Below the pieces are notes generated by a model. The model saw only the letters and a list, made by a program, of their open reading frames with translations, did no database searches and was not told the DNA's origin. Positions 33,679 through 45,354 of a stretch of DNA of 59,425 bases are shown here, piece after piece. Made by a program: the position numbers and the translations under genes. Every line of letters begins with the position of its first letter. Position 1 is the first letter of the stretch. Source of the stretch: Toensbergia leucococca (taxonomy: Eukaryota); contig JALDZS010000025.1 of the NCBI GenBank assembly GCA_022813965.1, positions 124,001 through 183,425 on the forward strand, in the 5' to 3' direction.

Positions 33679-36609
33679 TGCTCCAAAATCTTACGTACAC
33701 CAAAAACAAGTGTCAACTGGTCTTTGCACTCCTTCAGGACGATTTATGAAATCGAGCTGCCAAAGGTGTCACCACATAACCTCTCAACGGCCTATGAACT
33801 CGACTCGCGCCCTTTAAGCTGATTCATGCTCATCATTATTGAGTCACGCAGAAAGAACACAGCTGCTCTAGACATTTAAACGAGCATTACTAATGCAGCT
33901 GTAATACTGAGCATCTCAGTTGTGAGTGCGCATCAGATAAAGCCATAGCTTGACATAATATTTTGTGACCAATCATCAGCGTTACTTGAGACCATTTTAT
34001 GAAAGGGCGATTTTCAGTTTCAAGAGCTCAAACCTGCTTAATTGGTATTGGTTTGTTAGATCTCTCAAATTACTTAGAGCAGATTTCCATCGTTGAACTC
34101 GGATGCACAATGCATTTGAGAAACCAGCTGATAAGAAACTAGAATATTTGTTAGAACACTTCAAAACATCTAACCTAATCTAATAATGTGGAGTTACCCC
34201 TTATCACTCTCAAAAAACTTTACCTACTTCATGATCTCACTCGATTTTAGTTGATAGATGCAGTCCTGTGGCCATAGGAATTCGCACCCATGGGGCGGTG
34301 TGAAAAGCTCATTGCTAATGATTGGCGTTTTTCAGCGCGTAGTTGTTGAGTTAAGGGGTTCTAAGAATTCATATAACCCCTTCTCGGCCATGTCACTCAC
34401 AATCCCGTTCAGTCAATGACATCTTGCTATCGCCACAGCGATTACGATCTACCTAGTCAGCTCGTCACCCATATAGTGACCTTTTACCGGATAATGACTT
34501 AGTGGGGACGAACTTACTCCAGGGAAATGAGTCACTCCTCTTCTGAGGAATTCCTCTGTTCTATTGCATGCAACCCTCAGGTCGAAAGGGTAGCATTAAA
34601 GACTAGCAAATTCCTTCTGTTTTATGTTTCTCCTGACCGTTCATTTCGCCTTCATTGTCTGTAGCGGTGTCCTTGGTCATATTGTTGCTTTCGCACCCAG
34701 TTGATTTCGCCGTCTGAACTTCGTACCAACACTCCTGTATCTTGTCATTGTAGGTAGTCTTATTCCTACTGCTGGTAATCTTCTCGAGTATTTCCTCACT
34801 TTAGTCTTCCGCCTTCACCATTCATCCTTTCTTCTAAATATGCTATTTGAACGCACTGAATGTCGCCAACATGGATTTTAGTCAAGAGCAACAGGTCTCT
34901 TGCCCGCCGGCTATCTTTCGGGCCTACCGATCGTGCTAACGAATAGAATCTATACCTTCCTTCCCAGTGACCTCAAGCTGTATCCACAAGAGGACAAGAT
35001 TGGAATTCCATATTTATCAACCCAAAAGTTATGGCCTTTAGCCTCAGTTGATAAATCGGTACAACAAAAGTCAAGAGCTTCTATGAGCAATGGGAGCGAA
35101 AGAAATCAATATCTTCTTTCAGACCTCTAGGGATGCTGTTGGGCTTTATGCAAAAATACGGGGATTCATCTACGCAGGGAGGGGGGAATCTCGAACCCTT
35201 CAAAGTCATTGATCTGTCCATGAATGACCTATAGAAAGATGCGATCCGTTCCAATGCCGGAATCGAAGTGACACTGATGACGCGTTAAGATATCACTTCG
35301 TCTGCGAACTTGCTCATCTCGCGTGGCAAATTCGGGGGCTTTGCGGTCCACATCTCACTACGGAACAAGGCGGTGCTCAATTTGAGATTGTAGAGAGACG
35401 GACTCGAAGTTTCGCTAGGTGGGTGCTGCATTGGCTACCAAATGTGGCTATGTGGGAGGCGGGTGGGACGATTTTTGGACTAACAAATATGATTTGTAGG
35501 AAGGAAAGTTGATAAGCTCTAAGCTCTGAGCTCTATTGCCGCGTTAGAGGTGAAATACTAGTGGAGGTGTAGTAAAGGGAGACATACGTAGAGGGAATGA
35601 AGTTGAAAAAGGATATCATCTTTGCGTCAAGGCTTTACTTCCAAGAACGCAGACTTTTTCAATATGGTTCAACGCATTTTCCATCCCGCTAGTTTTATCC
35701 TCCATACATGAATACCTACCTAGGTAGGTATGTAAGAGAGATATTAGCGTGCCTTGAAGCTTGAGTTCACAATAATAACTATCTGGTTTCTGCATTTTCT
35801 TACCGAGCTCTTGGTAGTATCAACAATGATGAAAACAAATGCGATTATACAATATTTGTAACAACGTTCGCGCAGAGTGACTCCCCTAGCAGAGACCACG
35901 CTCTGATGGACAGCAAAAGAATGAAAAGACTGATGAAGAGAAAGTACGATTGATATCTTGGTCTTCAAAAACAGTTGTAGGTTAAATACCAGATGCAGAG
36001 GAGGCTTGGGAGCCTTTGATATAATTGAATTTCAGAATAGAAAACACATCACAATCAAGTTTCAATTCAAATCTACATCATCGTTGGGATAATCTGAAGA
36101 CGTAGTTGAGGTTCCTGTTTCCAAGACAATTCTCATAGATGATTTGGGCTGAAGGAGAGTAGTAAGGGTCGTACGCTCGGAGGCCATGGCTTCAAACGGT
36201 ATCATGAAATTCATTAGGAACATGTAGGAAGGAGGTGGAGGGGAGGGAAGTCTGAGGCTCTCTATGTCACGGGCCGAAAGCTCCGGGCTCGGCTAGGAGC
36301 CAATCGGATGGGCCTGTCCAAAAACGCCTGTACCTTGCATGCATAGGGCGCGTTCCTGAGCCACATTCATCATCCACATGGCCACCTCCTCAGTTCTCAT
36401 CGCATGCACACGCACGAACAAAGACCCGCAACACTCGACGAGTGCCCTCATCATCCGATAGGGTATCTCGGAGAGCTTCCGGCTTTGTTCCGTACTGGTA
36501 TTTGATAAAACAACCAAGAACAATATTCAGGGGGAATTTGATGCCATCGTGGAAGATCAACACCACAACTTTTCCAAGGCCAAATCACTGACAAATTCCC
36601 TCCGCTGTC

Positions 36610-39600
36610 ATGTTTCCTCAAACCCAAGGACGTGATGAACATCCAAATCCTAGTCCTCTCGACGGCCAGGACCAAGTCAGAGACACAGTTGATACTCTTA
36701 CTCCATGGCCGCAATCCTTCTATCCTGGGTATGCTTGAATGGCTTTGGTAACCTCAAGACCGTGGCTAACTCGGTACTAGACGCCACCAAAATAATTCTA
36801 GCCAAGCTCTCCGGACTGATGGACCTTCACAAGAAGTCATGGCACAGACGGAGCCTGGGATTCGTTCCTTTCAAGTGACGGATCTTTTCCGAGAAACTGT
36901 TGAGAAGACACGGCAGGGCATGCAGCAATCATTGACCGGTGGCGAACAAGTAGAGGAGGTCGTCAACTTGAAATTGACTATCGACTTGCACCATCAGGAT
37001 ATCTTGGAGATTCCAGCAAAGGTGACGGATATTCTAAAACATGATGTCGAAAGGTGAGGGCCATATTCTTGATATCTGGACTCTGAAGCCCATTTTTAAA
37101 GGCCTGAATACCTGTATGGTACTCAGTTGGTTGCTGGCGGCTGACCGGGCATCATTTAGGCTTGTACTCTCGGATAATCAGATTTGGCACCTTCCTTATA
37201 GATTCGTCGAGTGTACTCCTCTGAGATACCTTAATCTGCGGGGGAATCTATTCAAAGAATTTCCAAAAGCCGTATGTAATGTCTGCTGGGCAAAACACGC
37301 ATGACTAACAAAACAAAAGCTGTTTAAGATGCCTCAGCTAGAGATTGTCGATCTGAGCAGAAATAAGATCAGCGGGTTTCCAGAAGAGATCAAGCACATG
37401 AAAGCATTAAAGGTTCTTTCTTTGACGAATAACAGAATTGAATCCGTCCCTTATGTCGTGGGGAATCTTGACACGCTCAAAATTTTAAAGTTGACTGGGA
37501 ATCCTCTCGATCAGAAGTTTAAGAGTATTGTAGATGGAAGCGATGACTCTAGTCCTCCAGTCGTGGCGCCTCTTGGCAGTAATGAAAAGGATGTCCTGCT
37601 CACCAAAAAAATCAAGAAGTATCTCAAGAGTGAGGCTGCTGCGAGAGAGTCTGGCGGAGAGTCTAGGTTGGTTCATTAGTAACTTCACCTTGGCTCAAAG
37701 CGAGACTAAATCAACCTACAGCAGTGAGGGTCCGTTGGATACACCTCGTCCACTGAAGCGTAATATGAGCATACGATTCCCTGTAGTCCCTACCACGAGC
37801 GGTTCCGAATCAGCTTCCGAGACTAGATCTCCTGGATTTTCGAAAGCTTCGGTCCCAACTAGATCTCATTATCGTGTAGCATCGGGTCAAAATGCCGTAC
37901 TCCTGGATGCTGCCCTGCGTCGTCCAAATATTACTCCCCTTGTTGGGAACGAGCGTATAAGGAGTAACAGTGAGAGCATACTCCAAGCGTCCCAAAACAC
38001 CCGCAACAAACGTATGGGAATGGTGACAAGGAAGAATCCTGATCTTGGAGCTGTTGACGAAACACGTACAAATCGATTCAGTCATCACTCTCGTGGACAG
38101 AGTCATGGTTCAGCGTTGCGCGATAAATATAGTGATGGTCTTCGAAACGGTGCTAACAATTCACTCAACTACACGAGTCCTAACGATACGGACCGTCAGC
38201 GTGGTACGTTTGTCCGCCGCCTATCCAGCTTACCAGAGCAAAAGCGAGAATCACAGTTTCCGGACCAAGTTATTGAAGGTGTAAAAGGAATACTGTACTC
38301 GCTCCATCAGATTCATTCACATATTGGACCTTTGGTTAATTTGATTGCCAACATCCAGAAATTGGATGTGGGTGGAATTCATCATGATGCCACAACTTGC
38401 CTTGAAATCTTGGACAAGGATTTGCACAATTTTGAGAACAATGTTCCCAAAACCGAGCAGGATAGGCTAAGCTCGACCAAGACTATCAAAACCGCATGTA
38501 AAGCATGCATCAGCGTCTATGAGCAAATTGGAAGCATAGTGAAAGCCAATGCTCCTCAGCTAGTCTCTCACGCAGATGAGAGGCATCTTCGGACTCTCCT
38601 CATTTTATTGTATGGAAGCTTAGTAGAAGCACGCAATGCCGCTTCTTCTCTAGGTGCGGATACTCCTAGAATACAAGAACAGGATCATCAGCCAGTGTCC
38701 GCAATAGCCTTAGTGGCATCCCAGGTCCGTGACCGTTCTGCAACACCAACACGAGAGCGCCCCAATCCGGAGAGGCCTCCTAAACCTTCCATAGCAATCC
38801 CAAGACCAGGAACTTCAAAGTCGTCTAATCTGACCACCACTCCACAGTCAGCCGTGCCAGTCCATCTCAATGGTGGTGGCCGTTCGAATGGTCGAAGTAA
38901 AGTTCTCAATGGGTTTACACCTAGTCCAGTGGCATACACTCCACAATCAGCAGGATCATTTACAAGCCCCGGGACTCCCGTAAATCGATCTCGGAGTAAT
39001 ACTCAAGGCGCCAAAGATCAGGAGCAAGCGCTTTTCGAACATATATTCCTGACCGCCGCCACTTCTGTGGATCACGGCTTACGCGTCGTCCCGATCATGA
39101 ACGAACGATTTTCTAGTTGCCTCAAGGTAGCCCAGGAGAAATACGCCGCAAAAGCCATCTGCGATCTCTGGCATCGCCTCATCAGCCGCAGCCGTTTCTG
39201 CATAGAAATGTGCGAAGTCCTCAAGAAGCGTCTCTCGACCATCAAGCTCAAAGATCCAGACGAGCGCAACGCAACAGACTTTTGGAAACTATGCATCAAA
39301 TACGTCAACTCGTTTGTCAAACTCCTCTCGGCCGTCCGCGAGGCGAAAGAGCTTGATTTCATCGACATCAACATCGTTAAATTATTCTACCCTGTGCAAA
39401 AAGCCGCGCGGGGGATAACTCTCCTTATCAATACCTCACCCTGGCTTCATCTGCTCTCGGAACCCACTCCCCAGCTCCCGCCGCAGCAGCAACCCTTTTT
39501 CAATGGTAAATATCCCCGTAGCCGCACCGGATCAGCCTCGGGCTCGAGCCCGTACGTCAATAATAGCGTGCCTGCGACTCCGTTGTCTGCGGCCTTGGGA

Positions 39601-39732
39601 CCGGCTGCGCAAGCTACGGTGCCCATTGCGCCAGCTGGATCTGCGAATTTTGATCGCAGCTTCCAGGGGGATGTGTTTCAGAGGGCGGATTCGCTGCTTA
39701 GTATGCAGCAGACGATGCTGTATCGTCGATAA
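36610..39732 (+). CDS. SOG2: RAM/MOR network leucine-rich-repeat protein Sog2
   Basis: N-terminal LRRs (LRYLNLRGNLFKEFPKA, LEIVDLSRNKISGFPEEI, LKVLSLTNNRIESVP), then RSNSESILQA, FVRRLSSLPE, LRTLLILLYGSLVEARNA and SVPATPLSAALGPAAQATVP. The first exon is inferred from ATG 36610. Confidence 0.9.
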
Positions 39733-40704
39733 GTGTCTGGGCTCTGGAAATCATCATGTTCCTGGATAATTCCGTGAGTTCTTCTCAACTCCTTCCCCTC
39801 GGAATGTAGATGAGCGGACGAGGGTCGGAGGTGTGGTAACGGAGTCTCAATTTCGGATACAAATTACCTCATGAGAATCAGGAAGGTTATGGCTTTTTTA
39901 CGATCTTGTACATGTTCATGACACGATAGACCCACGATCGATGCCGGGTTCATTCACTTTTTCGCCCAAGCGCAAGGGGTGGCACGAAAGGGCGGAGTGT
40001 GGATCCTGATGATGACTTGTGTAGATAAGATGCAGCTGTAGATACCCCAGTTTCTAAAGTTATGAAATTTACAAAATTCAACAATGCTTGCAACTCTCCG
40101 TTGGTAAAACTCTCGTTCCCGGGCTAGGTCTGTTGCTTCTTTTTTCTTCTTTTCTTCTTCCGCGTAACGTGCCAGCATCCTAAAAGGTACATACTGGATA
40201 ATTTGTCCTGTATAGGGCCATTGGTATCATGCCATTCGTCAAACAAGGTCCTCGTTGGAGAAAAATGAGCATGTTCACAACCCTTCCGTCCCTGCCAACA
40301 CCTCCCAGGAGTCTGCTACCAACCCATCCTATCAATCAACCGTGCTTGTATCTTGCGCTTCCTGATGGGGTCTAACCTTCTGCCCTCTCTCCCTCCAACC
40401 ACTCGTAGCAGCACTCTTTTGCCATGCAGACTCTTTAAAGTAACGTGATGGACGAGCTCCCGGATTGACGAATCTACATATACAACGCCAATTACCCCCT
40501 TCTTGAACGGGGTGGTGTCTTCAACCCCCCAATTTTTTTGTTCGAGCTCTTCAGAGAAGCCAGTTCTAGATCTAGTGCAACACATATATTGCAATATGTA
40601 AAGATATCATTCCCATACACCGTCTCTTCCCTACACGCTTTCCCAAAAAAAAAAGATTATTTCCAACGCTTCTGTCATCAATATACTCGTACATCATCAT
40701 CATC

Positions 40705-42068
40705 ATGACACGCGTCCAAAAGTGTCTTCTAGATCAGCCCACGCACCTCCACCTACGAAACTCACCTGAAAGTTTCAAAACCCATCCGGACGCCCAAATC
40801 GCCAGAAAATACCCCTACCCAATCCCCTCGAGATCAAATTGGCAGATCCCAGACTCATTCTTCTAGGCTGGCCCGAGACGGCATCTAGCATCACAATCTC
40901 AGGCCAGCTAACAATGCATATGAACCCGTCACACACTCGGATAGAAATTTCCCCAAGCACGCATGTCTCTCGTCCCAGACCACGAAGATCAAGCAAGTCA
41001 GTGGCGTCGTGAAGGAGGCTAGTCCTCCATGGCTACAAGGTTGGATTGAAAACCTGCGATTCACCATGCTGCTAGTCAAGAAGACCACGTACTGGCAAGT
41101 GCGGAGCTGGTTGAATGGGAGTGTTACCGCTTCAGAACCGGTGATTTTCCTCGACCAAGAGATTATTTCGCAAGCCAGCGTTGACTTCAAGCTGACTATA
41201 CCTGGAGTCCCCCCAGCAACAATCAACACCAGTATCGGCAGCGTCTCATATACCGTCGTTGCGATTGTTATGCTCAATTCCAATAATAGCCTCCCAGCGT
41301 CTACTCAGATCTGTGTTCAGCGAGTACTTCCTCGTTCAAGTAATGAAGACTGAGGTGTCTTTTTACGCTGTTATCCAGATACGGGGTTAATGACCAAGCT
41401 AATCGATCCAGTCTGTGTTGCTCCCATTGGAATGTTTCCGTCTTAGATGACGCTGAGCGGAACAGTGGTAAGAGGCGAGCAGACGACATCATTCCTGCGA
41501 GTTGATGAGTTGGTTTGGAGAGTGGATGAACTTGTCAGAATCATTTCCATGCCGAATAGAGAGGTCCATGGTGAACCCTTCCGTTTGAGCAATGATGTCC
41601 TGCAACATCTTGCACGCCGACTAAGTGGTGGAAGGTCTACAAAGTGGGTGAACGGAGAAGATACTCAAATCAAGATCGATTTCGACGTAGCGCTTCCTCA
41701 AAAAGTGCTGACGGCTTGTGATTCAAGGCCTTGTTTACGATCTCCTCTGGAACAACCAACATCTAATTTGGCACGTGCTGGCCCTGAGTCTCAGAGTCTT
41801 GGAATGACTGTTTCTCACGTTCTCATAATCGAGCTGGCCGTGGTTTTAGAGGTTTACGAGAATAGAACAGGGAAACGAACGAACTTGAGTCCTTGGCGCA
41901 AACGAGTATCCCCTCCACTGTTATGGCGCGAATCATAATCTTCGAATCGCCCAAAAGATTCTGGGGGAGGATGTAGCAACAGATGGATTGGCTGAGAATG
42001 AGTCGTTGCCGATATATTCCAATTCGCTGAGTGGAGGGCCGCCTGAATACGATGCCTTACCGTGTTAG
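40705..42068 (+). pseudogene. Alpha-arrestin (Ldb19/Art-like) pseudogene
   Basis: Arrestin-like beta segments (LILLGWPETASSITISGQL, FKLTIPGVPPATINTSIGSVSYTVVA, LVWRVDE, MTVSHVLIIEL) and C-terminal PY motifs (LPIY, PPEY). It is interrupted by frameshifts near 40950-40975 and 41915 and by in-frame stops at 41351 (TGA) and 41444 (TAG). Confidence 0.7.
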
Positions 42069-42142
42069 GGCGTGAAACATTGGAGTCCGATTCAAGTTGG
42101 TAGACTGTGCATGATACTACTTAACGGCTCCATGGTATATTT

Positions 42143-43910
42143 TCATGCAATTAGCCAATTGACCTTGAGCGATCTTAATTCCTGAACCCAGTTCATGCTA
42201 GCGTTTCCATTGTCAGCCGCACCGTTTCTCTCCTCCCAAATCAGGTCGAGTATCTCAATCGCACTACGAATGTAGCCCCAAGGACACACTCCCCAAACTT
42301 TATGAAGCCGTGTTACGGCCCATTCCTGATGAGCCAAATCCTTGGTCTCTGCGCCTGCAATAAAGGTAGGCCAAGAAGTAGACTTGAAAAGCTCGTTGCC
42401 ATTAGGAATGAAAGACAGATGATGGACGACGTCTGAGACTAGCGATTCAAGACCATCACTAATTCTAGCAGCTTGAGAGAAAGACAGCAAGGCACGAGAG
42501 AGGTAGATGCAGACTGCCGCTTTGTGGGCGGATGCTATGTGTGCGCGCTTTCCAACATCTTTCTGTGGTGATACCTTTTGGAGTGATGTGGCCCAGATAG
42601 AGGCATCGAAAGATTGGGCAGTCTGTAGAAGAAGGAAAACCTGCTGCGCAGGTGGAATTGTCATCGCTGTCGAGTTCACCGTCGAATGGTTTGACATTGG
42701 ACGTAATAATTCGGTTGCAGCAAGCGTTAGCTGGAGAAGCGTAGCGGGACAAGAGAGGTAGTTGTTCGCTTCTGCATATTCAAGAGCAGGAACGAGCTGG
42801 GTAGAGCTCGTATCAGATGTTGAAGAAGGCGTTAGACATGCCAAGGTTGAGCCAAGAATTTCATATCTGACCCAATTTAGTCTGCCAGTTAGTCGGCAGC
42901 ACTTTGCGGTCAAGATCATGATATGAAGACAAACGTACACGAGGCAATTTGAAACCAAGCAGATGCGCATTGGGCTCATGCTAGATGGATCCATGTCATA
43001 AGATGATGGCAAGGAGTCGATAAGGGTCCTGGCACCGTTCATATGCAATCTCCAATCATTTTTGCCAGAATCAATGAGCTCGAATTCTATGAAGAGAAGC
43101 ACAGATGCTAAAACAATGTCCAAATCAATAGACTGCCTATTCTCAAGAGCTTGACGAAGTAGTCGAAGAGCAATCTGTTTTGATGAAAGAGCGTCCTTAT
43201 ACTCGCTCGACACATGCATCGATGAGACGGGTATGCAACTACTTTCATTGGATGTAGGGGATTGAAGCAATGGTAGCGAGGATGGCCTAGTGAGGATGGG
43301 TCTCTGCAAAGCGTTTGAAATGCGTAAGGCTGAATTCGCAACGATGACATGAAACAGCGTTGGATGTTCTCGAGTCAAAGGAATAAGATCACGGAATGGA
43401 TTGTGAGGAGGAACATCGTAGATTACGAGTTCCTTGCACACATGACTGGCGACTTGTATATCGGTATGTATTTCAACAAATGTAACATGTTGAGTACAGC
43501 GGTGGGAAACACTCACAGTAATTGAGATAGTATCGAGAGCTTTGATCCAGGTCTTGAAACAAGGGATCAATCAGGGAGTAAGTCGGAGACAAGCCAGTTA
43601 AATGGCCGGGAGTGATGCAATTTGTAGGGAGTGGGGAATGAAGAGCATCAATTGACATGTATAAAGCTGCATTTGTTGATAGTGGAGCTTGTGGCTGCTT
43701 GTCTTCCTTGTGCTTGATGTCGTCGAACGTCATCCCCATCATCTTTCCACGACTCGCAACACCCTTGTTCCAGAGAAACAGTCCTTGATAGCCAAGACAT
43801 TCTTGGCCCATCTGAATGCACTTATGGCACTGAGGATAGGATCGATCGCATTTCCAGCGTCGCCGACGACAGCCATGACAGGCTTTTGTGGCCACATTCA
43901 ACTTCGACAT
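42143..43910 (-). CDS. Zn(II)2Cys6 transcription factor with Fungal_trans_2 domain (acr-2-like)
   Basis: ACHGCRRRRWKCDRSYPQCHKC......CLGY..LFLWNKGVASRGKM, NPFRDLIP, WRLHMNGA and WPTFIAGAE. Two introns at about 43454-43516 and 42869-42937. Confidence 0.92.
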
Positions 43911-45354
43911 GAGTACTTTGCCAGTCCCAGTCCCTCGTAGGATGTTCTATAATGAATCGACTGGCGAAGGCAAGAGGAATATTCCCTCATTTCATAAGCC
44001 TAGTTGTTGATTTACAAAAGAGAGAGAGAGAGAAATAGCAAGGTTGAAGTCAGGTTGCACTGGCAGTCTCAGCAATTAAGAATAAATCAATGATCCTCAT
44101 CGTCAAATTACCTTATCCCCCATCCGGCACCAGCAAGGGTTTACTCCATTCTAAGGTAAGTGAACTGCAACGCTTGTGTCTTGGCTTCCTACTTTGGTAC
44201 GCCAAAGCTTCTGGCGCTTGAATCATGCTTGCTCCCACGAGCCACGGTAACACTACTGTTTCTCTCAAGAGAGCGACACCTCCTTTTGATACATTGACAC
44301 CCCTCGCTCCCCTTTCCTTTCAGCGCATGATGAAAAATATCATGATTTTGCATTACACTTTCACTTGATTCTTCATTGAAACTGACTACTCGTACATTCT
44401 AAAGGGTTGAAACAGTTTCACCAATCAAAGGGTAACAAGTAGATTGATGAATAAAATGTGATAGTATTGCTTTCAGATAAGGTATGAGTATTAAAAGGTG
44501 TCAGTGTATCATTACTCTTAGACTAATGATACTGATAATCATGAAAATAGATCAGTAAAATATTCAGAAAATATGGGTGTCTGAAAGGAACCCGGCAGAT
44601 TTCAGTACCTGGGTGGCTCTACTAATTGCGAAGACTCGAGTAGCTGAGTCAGCACTGGAGAGTTCAGAGTAGCTTCCTTTAGGGGTTTGATAGCGAGGTG
44701 CAGAGCTGATAATTTGAGTTATTGGTTTTTATAGCTGGTTGAGGGGGAGGTGTTGATTGAGGGGCAGGAGAAGGGTATATGGGAGAAGAGAGCGCGCGGG
44801 CCGAGGTAAAGGAGCGGTGCTTAGTTCTTTGCACAAAGGTCTAGGCGAAAGGATTCCAGAATCTAGGATGAATGCTGCGAATTACTGTAGAGTACTGCTA
44901 GGTAGAAATGGGTTCGTGTCTTGAGTGGTCATTTGGCATGAGAAGGCTCACAAGGGAAGAGAGAACCGAGCTTGTGGAGAAAAGAAGCTTAGAGGACTTG
45001 TGCGACTCAGTCTTAAACCGATTTGGGTTAGGTATTCGTAGGTACTAAGGTATCACTCAACTTCTCTCCGCTCAACTTTCATCGATCCTCTGTGAGCTAG
45101 TTGAGGATTTTGTTCTGTCACATACTGTCTGCATGGATCACTGGAGTTGGTGGCAGGCGTTCAATGTGTATGGATCTCTTAGTGAGACGACTACCGATAG
45201 TTGGATCCACGCTCTGTACGTGCAGCAGAAATAGGAATGAGAAAGTGAAACAGAAAACTGCAGTGTCCAGAGGCCCTTTCTCCTTAAGGAACTCTCAGTG
45301 TTCGCTCGATTGTCGCAGAAACCGTTATACCTTGTGAGGTTCGCAGTTCCAAAT

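Noticed and set aside
33700..36300. Gene or TE relic in the long intergenic stretch before SOG2
   Set aside because: AT-richer patches hint at decay, but I could not identify any protein motif or terminal repeat.
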